Part shown: positions 40,669 to 52,699 of the stretch, piece after piece
Layout of the letters: the number at the start of each line of letters is the position of its first letter
Position numbering within the stretch: position 1 is the stretch's first letter
Source of the DNA: Cycas panzhihuaensis
Lineage: Eukaryota; Plantae; Cycadophyta
Direction: 5' to 3'
Length of the DNA stretch: 64,000 bases
Assembly: GCA_023213395.1 (NCBI GenBank)
Contig: CM041465.1
Location: 225,811,741-225,875,740 of the forward strand
Made by a program: the position numbers and the translations under genes
Notes under the pieces: model-generated
Seen by the model: only the letters and a program-made list of their open reading frames with translations
Told to the model about the DNA's origin: nothing
Database searches by the model: none

Positions 40669-43625
40669 TGGGATCATGTCTATGGGGATGGTAACTACAC
40701 CTAACTAGGATTAAGACTATCGATGGAAGGCTCTGGGATAAAGGGATCAAACCAACAAGTGCAAGGAAGCACCCACACAGGGCGTCCGTGCATCGGAACA
40801 CAGGTTCAGCACCCATGAATGGCACACGACTTCCTCTAGGTAACTTAGCTTCTAATTTTGAAGGGGAGCATAGGTGAGGGATGTCCTCGGTTGCTCGAGT
40901 AACCTCGAAACAAGGGTGTTCCCGCCCTTGGATGGCTGGAAGAGGAAGGCAAGACCCAATGAGGAAGCAGGTCCTCATTTGAGGGAAACTAGGGGATGTA
41001 AGTGATATGTGTATAGGTATGATGAGGTAAGCAGGGGATCTTAGGGGATGAATCCTCTAGGAACTAAGCCGCTTGAAGAGGATGTTGGGTGGACAAAGAG
41101 TGGTGGTAGAAAGGGTTCCTACCACTTTATGCGTGAGGGGGTCTAATCTCTATATGCAACAATGGGGTAAAGACTAGTCGTATGTGTGTGCAAATGAGAG
41201 ATATATAAAGCATATATATGCAAAGAACGATAAATATACTTTCCCTCTCAAAGATGAATCCTCATTCTCATTTCATTTTAAACAAGGGAAGGAGAAACAA
41301 AGAGATAGACTAAGATATCATACAAAGTACACAGCAATGTAATTGATCAAAAGAAAAGAAGAGGGGATATCCCTTAACAGATGTTCTTTCCTAAAATACG
41401 AACTAATGTGCAAGATGATGATGTAAGTTGGTTTCCTTTTACTTTATTCCCTTATGTCTTTTCATGCAAACATACAAGCTAAAAGAACTAAGAAAAGACC
41501 AACGAAATGAAAGTGGCATACCTAGAAGAACGATGCAGTTGAAATATGATCTTCATCTTACGCTATACCCACTTCCTCTTTTCCCTTTCCTATCGCATAA
41601 GTAGCGTAGGGTTTCCTTACCTCCCCTAAAATGAAAGGAAAGTAGTAAGAAAATGCAAAGGAAAAAAGGGACTATATAAAGGCTAGAGCAACCAAAGGAA
41701 AGAAGGCTAAGAAACGCACCTGGATTATCGTCGTTTACCTTTATCTACAAATGGCACAGTAAACCTGCAATCATAAAGTTCCTTGCCCTTTCCAAAGAGG
41801 ATGCTAGGATACAAAGCCAATATATATATATTTATGTAATAGTAAAATGCTAAAATATTGCACGTTAGAATGTTTCAAGTTAAGTAATCTTCCACTAAAA
41901 GTAACTCTACAATCTCCCAAGAAAACAAACAATACAAGCTAAGGTAAAGGGGAGGTTAGCCTCAGAATGGCTAACCCTCTGACAATTGCACCTCCACGCT
42001 ACCCTTAGACACAGGAAACAATAGATTAGGATAGCTTATTGGTGGTAGATAGTGAGGGAAACAAATATCATGAGGTTTGTGAAAGTTGCCTATGTTGCAA
42101 GTATGCTACGTGCAGCAAATTACAATGTTGACTAAGTCACAACCCGAGATGGGTGAGGGACACCATTTGGGGCTAGTAGATCTACCCAAGAGAGGTATGC
42201 AGGCCTAGAAACAGTGCAGCAAGGGCTACATACACTGATATCTAACGCAAGCTGAATCCTAAAGACTCCCTGGCAATACAAGAGAGGCACAAGTGGAGGA
42301 GAGGAAAGAGGAGAAAGGGGTTGCCCTTGAGGAGCAGGCCTAGTAGGTATGGGAACCTACCTTGGCTCCTTTCTCTCACTCTTTATGGGTCCTCTCCCAC
42401 AGCCTCCTTGGAAAAACTAAGAGAGGGTAGGGAGATGAAGGGGGCAGAAAAATCAAAAATGGAGGAATACCTCCTGCATACACTAAAATATAAGGAAAGA
42501 AAGGATGTGCCCAAAGATCTAACCTTTTAAAAGTCAATCCAAAGGAAAGACATGGAACAACAATGACATAATACCTGTTGTACTAAGTAGGAAGCAGGTC
42601 TACCCCTAAAAATAGCAAGAGATAACATATCTAATATGCTTACAGGGGATCCTTAGGAGGATGCTCTAATCTGAAGACAAACTTGTTGAAAGATGTAGGA
42701 AGGGCATGGAGGCTAGACTTTGGCATGAATTCTTACTTGGAGATGTTTGTTAGTGAGCCTACTACCACATATCAGAGCTACAATGGGTGGATCTTAGGTT
42801 GGAGCACATGGAACTTGAGTGTTGTAGGGCGTTCCTGTAGAAAACTCCTGTGGAAGAGAGAAAATAAGGTGGAAGAAGAGAAGGAAAATGAGGTTGTTTT
42901 GGGCTTTATACCTAACCCTAGGTTGAATGGACGATTAAGGTTGAGGTAAGGCTCAAGGGGTGTCAAAGCCAAGTAGCAATTTCGTGAATAAAGTGAAAAT
43001 TTCCATGGTAGATTTTAAAAATTATTTTATGACAGTTGCTCACGGTAAACCTCGCAGTACCATGAAGTTTACTACAGTATCACAACATTTGCCACAGTGC
43101 GATGATAAAGACCAAAATAGGCTAAAAAGATGATGCATGGGAGCCTTAAAGAGGGTACCCCAGGCCTAGGAGGGGCCATCCCTCTATCCAGATGTCTGGG
43201 GATAGTCAAATAAAGTAGATGACCTAAACTGGATCGGGTACCAAAGCGGCAGGACTCCCGAGAAACTGATACTAGAGTAAAGATAAACCAATCACACTCA
43301 GCGAGGTGCTAAGGGTTATGATATGGCAAGGGGTGTGACGGATCACATGGGTTGAGTGGTGCCTAGGACAACATGGAGGTGCATAGGAGGGTTATGGAGT
43401 GCCATGGGGATGCATGTCTCAATGATTGTCATAGGCTGAAAGAGTAACAAGCAGTATGATTAAGCAATAGGTGCAAGATGATCACTCAAATGTGTCAGTC
43501 AGCTATGCAACGAAACAATGCTTCTATTTACCTTTCTACATAAGCAGTAAAGACAAAGGATAGAAGCATAGCTACACTTACCTAAGTCGACTTGCCAAGA
43601 ACCCATTCCTAAGAGTTGGGAAACA
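40669..43625 (-). repeat. 3' LTR (2957 bp) of Tat-type element
   Basis: TGGGATCATG..GGGAAACA is collinear with 55300-58262 (about 85-90% by eye, mostly transitions). Confidence 0.96.
42895..42922 (-). promoter_or_regulatory. LTR TATA box (copy at ~57540-57560)
   Basis: - strand TAGGGTTAGGTATAAAGCCC followed by a CT-rich leader, conserved in both LTRs. Confidence 0.55.
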
Positions 43626-43636
43626 CTGCCCCCTTA
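43626..43636 (-). other. Polypurine tract of Tat-type element
   Basis: - strand TAAGGGGGCAG immediately before the LTR TG. Confidence 0.85.
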
Positions 43637-44123
43637 GTAACAGAGCCTCACAACTCAGAGGCGTAATACAACGATGAATGCTGGAAATATAATGTTAGTG
43701 GCACATGTACATACAAAATATAATAATAGTAAAAACTAAGGGTGATGGTGAGTATTATGGTGGAACGCATGGGTGTAGTGGCAAGGGTGAGACAATCATA
43801 GGAGCTGCCTATATGTCATCGTATAGACAATAGGTAATAATAACGAATGAGGGGGATGACCCCATCGTAAGAATAAGATGAATGGGTGGTGAAGGCCACA
43901 TATAAGACTCAATAGATGTCGTGAACAAGGAGCTATATACAGATACAAATCAAGGATAATGAGTATTATGTGTTGTGGTGCTAAGAGTAGACTAAAGAAA
44001 ATAAACCTGGAGGTCGCCATAGTTTAACCTCATTAGTAGCCAACTTTCGGAGGTGCGAACAGATTGTAATATGAAGTGCACGATGACCCAAGACTTGGGC
44101 TCATGGGTGACTCGACAAGTCTC

Positions 44124-44546
44124 TCAAGGTGGGTCACTAAGAAGAGAAAGGCGACGCTCAAGGACGAGGTGAACTAAGCTATTTACCTCAGCGTTGAGAG
44201 CCCGCAGAATATGTCGAATGTCGATGGATGAGAAACAAGACAACAGGGATCTCATAGTCGAGGCAAGGGCTCTTAAGCATGGGCACCGCACCTGATAAAC
44301 CCAAGTGAGATGAGACACCACAACCTAAGAGTCATAAAGGAGAATGATGGGTCCATGGTGGAAGTAGAGTGCATTAGTAAGGGCCTCAATAATAGCTGTG
44401 TACTCAACTTCGTTATTGGTGGCTTTGGGAAGGAAGATCCTGGAATGCATGAAGTCGTGTCTAGAAGGGTCATGGAGAATCCACATAGTGGCAGAGGGGC
44501 CAGGGTTGCCATGACTTCCACCATCGGTAAAAATGAATAAATCCAT
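44124..44546 (-). pseudogene. Stand-alone archaeal-type RNase H (aRH), ~140 aa, one nonsense codon
   Basis: MDLFIFTDGGSHGNPGPSA..ATNNEVEYTAIIEAL..YDS*VVVSHL..RHILRALNAEVNSL. ORFs 44325-44675 and 44124-44321 are in the same frame, separated by one TAG (CAG>TAG). D, E, D catalytic residues are present and the last D is N. Confidence 0.92.
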
Positions 44547-45869
44547 AACAAAAATGAAGGTCTCAATAGAGAGAAGAATGATGATGGGGCTAGTGAGTGG
44601 AGAGGACCCAATAGTAAGAAATCGTCGTAAACGACCGAAATGGTTGTTAACAAAGGCTGAAGGAGGCAGGAACACCCAAAGACAAGGCTACCCGAAGGTG
44701 AAGAGGGTTGTTTGACGGACAAGGAAGGGTTATCCGATGGACAGGGAAGAACCAGCAGTAAAAGGCCCCTTTAGGAGTGCTAAAGGTCGCTCAAGGAGGC
44801 AAAACGCAGTCCTAAACAAGGGGGACACTTCCTTTGGAAACCCCAGATGCGCGAATGGGCAGCGAAAATGGATCCAAGATGGCAAAACGAGTATAAACTC
44901 AAGTATATATGGAGGCGACATGTAAAACGAGGTAGAAGGGGCCTCGCAAGGCCAAAGAAGGAGCGCCACAAATGCACCCGGCAGGTCCAAAGAAAAAGAA
45001 GGCCATAGGGGCAAAATTGGAGATGGACCTAGAAGGTAAAGGTAATCATGGAAAGGAGACAGTCTCAAGGGCTGTCACGATGAGAGAAATGAGAGAAGTG
45101 CCCGTCGGGGCCCCGGCCTATATAAAGGAAACTCGGTGAAAATGGAATTCATTTTCACAGGCTCGCGAACGATTCAGAGCCCTTCCCCTTACGCAACGAA
45201 GCGTTGCCCAACTTCGAAGGCACACAGGGAGAGATCTGACTGCTAGATTAGGACGCAGAGATAGCCGATGAGACCAGGGAGATGAGATGGCAGTAGTGAG
45301 ACCAGATCCAGTGAGTGGATTACTCGTACCCAAACCCATTTCATCATTTGAATTTCGTTAATTTTTAATAGTTTTAATGTAGTTTTGGGCCCCTTAAGGA
45401 TAAATAGTGATCTCCCAGAGTCCAAATTAGACCCAACGAGAGGTGAGACCAAGGCATTAAGCAACCCTGGTCCTTGTGGGTCTAAGTGTGACCCACCTAG
45501 GCAAAAATATTTTATCTTTTAGGTAGGAAACCCACCCATTTTGAGGGGTGACGTTGGCACCACAGAAAAAATTGCATTGCCACGATCTTTACTGTGGGGC
45601 TGGTGAGACATGGATAAAATCTTAATAGGCCCCATGCTAAACTCTGCGATACCACAGAGTTTAGTGCAGTGCAAGGGCAGACTAGCTAAAAAATATAAAG
45701 GATGGCCCGAAGGACAGCCAGACCTCAATCTAAGAGGAGTGAGAGGCAGTCCTGAAGGCAGGCAAGTAGATTTGGCTGGATTTTGACTAGTTTTTGGGGT
45801 GTTTTGCAGGCAGTTATTGTGGTGGACAACCACGAGAATATAGGAGTGGCCATATTCACTTTCATTGAG

Positions 45870-47744
45870 ATGATGACTCAAGGAGATTGACGAGTGCTAG
45901 GGAGATGCGGCCTATTGAAGGCCATCAGGATGCCATAATATATGTTAGACTAGCACCTCCTAGTGGACATTATCTCACACTGGGATCGACGGAGGTATAT
46001 GTTCCATCTCCCCCAAGTGGGAGATGTCACAGTCACACTAGGAGATGTTAGGAGGATCCTAGGAGTACCAATGGTAGGAGCACTAGCATCACTAAGCGCA
46101 TTGCCTAGTAATGACGTTGAACATAGGGAGGCAGCGACCTATTTCACATGTCAGGACCAGTGGGAGAGTAGAGGCATACCAGTCCAGAGTATGATCATGT
46201 CTAGGATTCCTTGTGTGAGGAAGTTGATTACACTGTGCATTCTATTCTGGATATCCTGGAAACAAAATTATAAGGACATGCCTGGCAGATGGATGGATAT
46301 GTTAACGAGATGTGAATTCAGGGAGAGATTGGTCTGGGCTACCTTGATAGCAGCAAATTTGATTGCCTAGCTAGATGCCATCAGGGTAGCAGGGAGAGGA
46401 GGACTGTCATACAACATATTATTACAGTGCTGGTTCTTTAATCACTTTGGAGCAGTGGCACCACCGGGAGGGCCCCACTTGATCTCAGTTTGGGCTTTTA
46501 TAGTCCACAGGTGGCAGACTTAATTCAGGGAAATCAATGACTAGGTACATATCAGGCACTCAATGGAGGCCACATCACTAGACCTCCTCACCATGGAAGA
46601 CTACACATCATATCTGTATAGAGGGGTAAGGTGGGATAGTGATGATGAGGTAGGAGGAGTAGGAGGTGCCCGTGGCGAGGGAGACGATGATGATGGAGGT
46701 GATGGAGATGATGAGGCCAGCCCATCAGGAGTAGTAGGTGGAGAGGTGGGTCCATCAAGGACCGTAGGAAGAGAGGCAGGGCCATCAGGAGCCACAGGTG
46801 TAGAGGCAGGTCTACCAGGGACTATAGAGAGAAGTGGAGCTTCTCAGACACCGGTCCGGAAGCTGAGGATAGTTAGGAGAGCCCAGGCAGTGGCAGCATC
46901 AGCATAGGAGGGTGGAGGTGCCCCGACAGGCTAGGCAGTCGAAGAGGTGGTACCAGAGGAGGAGGAGGTACCAGTAGTGGATGGACGACCCGAGGAGGAG
47001 GTGATCATCTGAGTCAGGGAGCCGACAGTTCCAGCAGGTGAGATACTACCCTTTTCCCTTCATCTTTCGATCACCAGCTATCTAGTTGTTGTACTTTATT
47101 TAAATTATTTGGTGAACTTATGGATGTGTATACTGACACGTGGCATGTTAGATTTTGTAGGAGTGGTGGACATCGGGAGGTTGATTAAGGCGATAGTCCG
47201 AGAGACGTTTCCCTGGATCTACACTAAGGGACAGCCTCCTATCCAGGTAGGGGAGGAGCCATGGTCGGCAAGAGACCACATGGCAGCATTCACCCCTTTA
47301 GTTAGGGCCAGAGATGTATGGGCAGTAGAGTCCTAAGAGCACGAGGTGAGAATAGGATGACTACAGGGAGAGCTAAAGGTGACCAAAGCAGAGAGAGATG
47401 CTCTACGAGGCCAGGTCCAGACTCTAGAGGATCAGGGAGGAACTGGTGGTAATGCAGAGAGTCACATTAGGATAGCGATACTAGAGGAGCAGCTCTAAGG
47501 AGTGGAGGGTAAGAGGGATCGTATCAAGACACGATACGATCAGCTAGTGGGTCAGATGGCATCGAGGCCATCGAGGAGCATGACATATACTCACACAATA
47601 GCGATGACCCTGAGGAGGTCTTAGGATGAGGGGAGCGAGGCAAGGACCTCCCAAAGGCGTAGGAGGAGTCTCAGAGGCATGTGATCCCCAAGAGAGGGAT
47701 CACATAGACCAGGAGATGACACCCTAGGAGTAGGGCAACACTAG
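45870..47744 (+). pseudogene. Antisense accessory gene: plant mobile domain (PMD), acidic/Gly-rich linker and coiled coil; predicted intron 47038-47160
   Basis: LLVDIISHWDRRRYMFHLPQVGDVTVTLGDVRRILGVPMVG, LVWATLIAANL and LLQCWFFNHF match the PMD motifs (ERW..T.TFHLP.GE.TITL.DV..ILGLP..G; SWG.AVLA.LY; LLQ.W). ORFs 45963, 46563 and 47109 share one frame, broken only by point stops. Confidence 0.85.
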
Positions 47745-48406
47745 TGAGTAGGATATATTAGTTTTTAATATGGGAAAGCACCGGACCTCCAGGGAGTCAC
47801 CATATATCATCACATGATCGTACTCTTCCCTGCAAGGATTCCAGCTTCTCGCAAATGATGTACCATACCATTTGTATGATATGACACATGATGATAAATG
47901 ATGTATATTTGCTTTTATGCGTATGTATATATATATGTATGAGGGTGCAAGGATGCACGATGAGCTGTATGTTATGATGTTTTTTTTTTTTTAGTTGATT
48001 ATCATATAGTTTATGATGGAGGATTATTTGAGCTACACATACTTCCTTTCATGCAGGTCCATACTCCTAACAGGCACACAGACAATTACCATGAGCAGAG
48101 GCGATGGACATATGTGAGGCTAAGAGGTAGGGTGGCACACATGTCCACATGGGAGCATAGTGGGATATGCAAAAGAAGCGTTAGTGGGAAGGGAGTGAAG
48201 ATACTCCTAGGAGTGACAGAGGCAATACACCCAATTAGGAAGATGGGGCCCTAGAAAAGTGGGACAAGAGGTTCCATGAGAAGAAACCTAAAGAAGCAAG
48301 AAGGCCACACTAAGCCGCCATCCCACCTGTGACTAGGGGGAATGGGGATACACCTAGGGTGGTAGTTTAGGCTCATTTTGGAGCGCATAGAGAAGAGTGA
48401 CATAGT

Positions 48407-49700
48407 CATGCATAAATTTTTTTTAGGAATTTCCCATTAACAACCTTCTTAAATTCGAGGCCCTCTAGGGTGGCGATCCTGTAAGCGTCGTTCCCAAGAC
48501 TCTCGAGAACAACAAAAGGGCAACCCATTTGGGTCCGAATTTGGTCAGGCTATCATGGACATATTCTAGTTTGAGGACGTAGTCCTCAGGATGTAAAGGA
48601 TAGGAATGAAGGTGTTTATAGTAAGTCCTCCATACACTAGCCTTAGAGGCAAGGTTGACCTGGTAGGCGGCTAAGCATTTCTCATCCAAGGCCTCGAGGT
48701 CTAGGAGATCAGGCTGGCAGATAGACTCCTCGTCGATAAGACCTCAGAGAGAGACCCGCATAGAAGGAATCTCCACTTCCAATGGGAGAACTGCCTCCAT
48801 CCCATAGACTATGGAGAAAGGAGTCATTCTCGTAGCCATACAGATAGATGTGCAATACGTCCATAGAGCAGAAGGGAGTTGAAGATGTCAATCTCTTTGA
48901 GATTGGGTAACGGTTTTCTTTAGAATATTTATAAGAGTTTTGTTAAACGATTTGACTTGGCCATTGGCCTGGGGGTAGTAAGGAGAGGAAGTTTTATGAG
49001 AAATGTTGAATTTCTCACAAAGCTAACCCATCTCTTTATTACAAAAAGGAGTTATGTTATCCGTGATTAGGGCATCAGGAACCTCGAAGCGGTAGATAAT
49101 ATGTTGATAGACAAAGGTGGCTATCATCTTATCAGGAGTAGTAGTCAAAGGAATGGCTTCCACCCATTTAGTAAAGTACTTTGTAGCAGTTAATATGAAC
49201 TTGTGCTGCAATGAAGAGGATGGGGATATGACTCTAATGAGGTCCAACCCCCATTAGGAGAAGGGCCATGGAGATATAATAGGGTGGAGAGCCTCGGAAG
49301 GCAAGTGGGTGATGTTGGCATGCTCCTAGCATCGCCGACATCTCATGGCGTAAGCATGGGCATCCTTAAAGAGGGATGGCCAATAGTATCCCATATGGAG
49401 GATCCTTTGGGCCATGGATTAGCCCCCAAAGTGGCCCCTGCAAATCTCATTGTGGCATTCACAGAGTATCTAGTTCACTTCATTGAGAGTGACACAGTAA
49501 AGAAGGATCCCATCGAAGGATATCTTGTACAATACCTCACTCATAAGGAAGTACTGCCTGGTAGTAGCTTGAATACAAGACCTAACTTTATCGCTAGCAT
49601 CAGGGTGATACTACTGTTGAGTGAGGTATTGTACGATATCCCCATACCACTCACTATCAGCAAGCAGATAAGGAGAGGAGTCCTGAATAGCCAGGATGGG
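48407..49700 (-). pseudogene. pol: Tat-type integrase
   Basis: HNEICRGHFG..GYYWPSL, PWPFS*WGLDLIRVISPSSSLQHKFILTATKYFTKWVEAIPL, SSPYYPQANGQVKSFNKTL and KFGPKW..AYRIATLEG..VNGKFLKKFYA*. Confidence 0.93.
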
Positions 49701-49789
49701 CTTGTCAAGGAGAGTGTCATCAATAGGAATGTCCAAAGGGTTCAAGATAGGAGTGTCAATGATCTGCTCAGCCACTACCATCCCCTTCT

Positions 49790-50150
49790 TTGACTTCCTG
49801 TTAACGATGTAGAGGTTAAATTCCTAAAGGAGAACGGCCCACTTGCCGATCTTACTTGTTAGGTCGGGTCGGGTGAGTAAGTAGTGCAGGGGAACGGATT
49901 GAACGATCACCTGAGTAGTATTCCCAAGCAAGTAATGCCTGAACCTCTTGGTTATATGTACCAAGGAGAGGCATTCCTTCTCCGCAGAGGAGTAATTGAG
50001 TTCAATAGCCACGAGGGTGTGACTAATGAAGTAAATAGCCCTCTCAGCTCCTGAACCATCCTCCTGGGCTAACATGGTGCCCATAGATTCATCAATTACT
50101 GAGGTATATATGATAAATGGCCTATCAAAAAGAGGGAGCACCAATGTCAG
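49790..50150 (-). pseudogene. pol: Native RNase H, degenerate (tether-like)
   Basis: RPFIIYTSVIDESMGTMLAQ..NYSSAEKECLSLV..RFRHYLLG..IVQSVPL..KIGKWAVLL, with the TDAS and TDH aspartates absent. Confidence 0.9.
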
Positions 50151-51110
50151 GGTAGAAACGAGGGCTTCCTTAAGTTCTTCAAAGGATCATTGGGCCTTAG
50201 AAGACCAAATAAACAGGGCCCCCTTCTTTAATAGGTTAGTGAGCGGTTTGGCATTTATGGCGAAGTTCACCAAAAAAGGCCTGAGGAAACCAAGCCTACC
50301 TAAAAATGACTTAATCTGTCATTGGGTTTGAGGAGGTGGCATGTTAAGGATGGCCTTGACTTTATCAAGGTCAATTTGGATCCTTTGCTTTGACACAAGG
50401 AAACCAAGGAATTTGCCAACTATCACGGTAAACATATATTTAAGAGGGTTGAGGCTTACATGGTATTTGCGGCATTGTATTAAGATGGCCTGCAAATCAG
50501 AAGGGTGATGGGCTCTGACGTGTGAGAGACCCATCATGTCATCCATGAAGACCTCCAAGGATTTGTTGATAAGATCGTGAAAAATGAACTGCATCTCCCT
50601 TTGATAAGTGGCGCCTGCATTCTTAAGTCTGACAGGCATCGCCTTATAGGCAAAAGTACGCTACGGAGTGGTAAAGGCCATCTTATGATGGTCTTTATAA
50701 GAGATTTAAATTTGGTTATAGCCAGAAAAGCCGTCCATTAAGGATATGACTTCGAAAACAGTAGTTCGATCGATAAAGGGAAGTGGGAAATTATCCTTAG
50801 GACATGTGTTATTGATGTTACAGAAATCAACATATATCCGGATTGTCCCATTTTTTTTAGCAACGGGGACAATGTTAGACACCCACTTAGGGTAGTCGAT
50901 GGAAGTGATTAATCCTGCATTTAGGAGTTTCTCAACTTCTATTTTTACAGTAGCTAAGAGCTTAAGGTGAAGAGGGTGTTGCTTCTGATGCACGGTGTGA
51001 GCACCAAAAATAGTGGTAACGTTGTGGGTCACGATTGAAGGATCAATTTCCTTTATATTAGAGTAGTCCCATATAAAAACATCTCAAAACTCCTAGAACA
51101 AAAGGATATA
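50150..51110 (-). pseudogene. pol: Reverse transcriptase
   Basis: WVSNIVPVAKKNGTIRIYVDFCNINNTCPKDNFPLP, SLMDGFSGYNQI and MPVRLKNAGATYQREM..EVFMDDMM. Confidence 0.95.
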
Positions 51111-51959
51111 CTCCTTCACTTCATTAGAAGAGCATTCCACCCCTACCTTAATGACTTTGCCTAGGGCAAGGACTATGTCCTGGGTTGCCCCCACGCACAT
51201 GGCATTCCCCTCTTCAAAGTGGAGGGGGCTTAGTCAATAGGAAGGGATGGAATGGGGGATGGAATTGGGTCAGCGAGAGAAGACCTAATAGCCAAGACCT
51301 TCTAATAGCCAAGCCTATGGTGACTAGAAGTAAGGTTGGGTGCAGAGCCCGCTAAGTGCTCAAGCAAGGCTTCATCATTCTCAAAGTAGTCCACCCCCAT
51401 GGATGATCATACTTTGAGAAGATGAAGGGTGAAGGGAAGTAGAGACAGCAGGACCATGGTGGTCGTCACGCTGCTCGTTGTACCCGACAGACTCCATGGA
51501 AGAGTCGGGGAGAGGTCCCTTACAAGGGACAACGTGAGGCTCCCCAACCTCGTTACTTTTGTGCGACAACGAAGGGGAGGACTCAAGGAGCACCTGATCA
51601 ACAAGGGCGATGACATGAGACATAAGAGAAGAACTAGTCTCTCCAACTATAAAGGTTCCAGAGTAGGATCTAGAATGAAAGAAGTGCCCTCTACTCATGC
51701 CCAGAAGGGAAATTGGGTGAGGGAGATCCTCATCCTCGCCATTAGACTCATCGTCACTAAGTATGGCAAGGTACCCGTAACTTCCAACACCAATAGGGGT
51801 GAAACACATAGGGTTGGAAGAAGAGGATGAAGGGTCTTCTTCCAAAAGAGATGAGTTAGGGATGTCAATAGAACAAGCAGAGGCATGGGTAGAAAGGCCT
51901 TTATCACCTTTCGCTTGGCCATGACCTACTTGACGGGATTGACATAGTTGTTTGGTGGG

Positions 51960-52330
51960 AGGAAGCTCCCAGGAGATGACTCTCATTCGCCCTTCATGGA
52001 TGAATTTAGGTTGTCCCCAGTGGGACGAGCACATGGCCCCCATCTGATCGAGCCATGGGCATCCTAACAAAAGATTATAGTCGACGTCAATGTCGAGAAC
52101 TACAATATTAGCGAGGACAGTCTTGTCCTCAAGAGTAAGCAAGATAGACACTAATCCCAAGGGTGTCTTTTCACTACCATTGTAGCCTTGACACCGCCAT
52201 GGAACTAGTCCTAAAGTTGATATGCCAAGCTCTTGCATAATGCGCAAGGGCATAGCATTAATAGAAGAACCATTGTTGACAATGATTCTTCGTAAAGTAT
52301 AATCTGGAGTATCGATGGTAATAGTGAAAG
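51960..52330 (-). pseudogene. pol: Aspartic protease
   Basis: RRIIVNNGSSINAMPL (catalytic D>N) and VLDIDVDYNLLLGCPWL. Confidence 0.88.
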
Positions 52331-52699
52331 GGAAATGCCATTGGCGCTCCCTTTCGCTAGTAGGGGAAGATCCTTCAGATCAAAAGAGATGACGGGCTCA
52401 CGACTCAGGGTGAGACCCAAGGCGTAAACAGGTGTGTCACCCAATCCTAAAGCCTCTAAGAGTAGTGTGTGTTGTTCAGGGTAGCTCCTCAAGATGTCCA
52501 TTATGGACATTCTGGCAGCCACAGTATGAAGCTCATTAACGACAGAGAAAGGCTTCTCCTTTATAGTGGGTTAGGGAAGAACCATTTGAAAGTCATAACA
52601 ACTGGGGCACACAAAAATAGTCTTGGGGAGTACAGGGTCTTCCGGAAGAGAAGTTTTCAGAAGAGGATCAAGGTGAGATATAGACGAGAGGCACAGTTC

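Noticed and set aside
42321-42972. ORFs repeated at 56956-57611 suggesting a duplicated gene
   Set aside because: They are the two LTR copies of one element, differ by frame-disrupting changes and have no domain.
44124-44546. Bacterial/archaeal rnhA contamination or recent horizontal transfer
   Set aside because: Embedded in a plant Tat element with the same mutational decay. aRH is an established Tat component.
45762-45809. Possible 48 nt GC-AG intron in the PMD 5' leader
   Set aside because: Non-canonical donor and shorter than typical plant introns. It cannot be supported without transcripts.
45870-47744. PMD gene as a host MAIN/MAIL-like gene
   Set aside because: It lies between INT and the PPT inside paired LTRs with a TSD and has decayed like the element, so it is element cargo.
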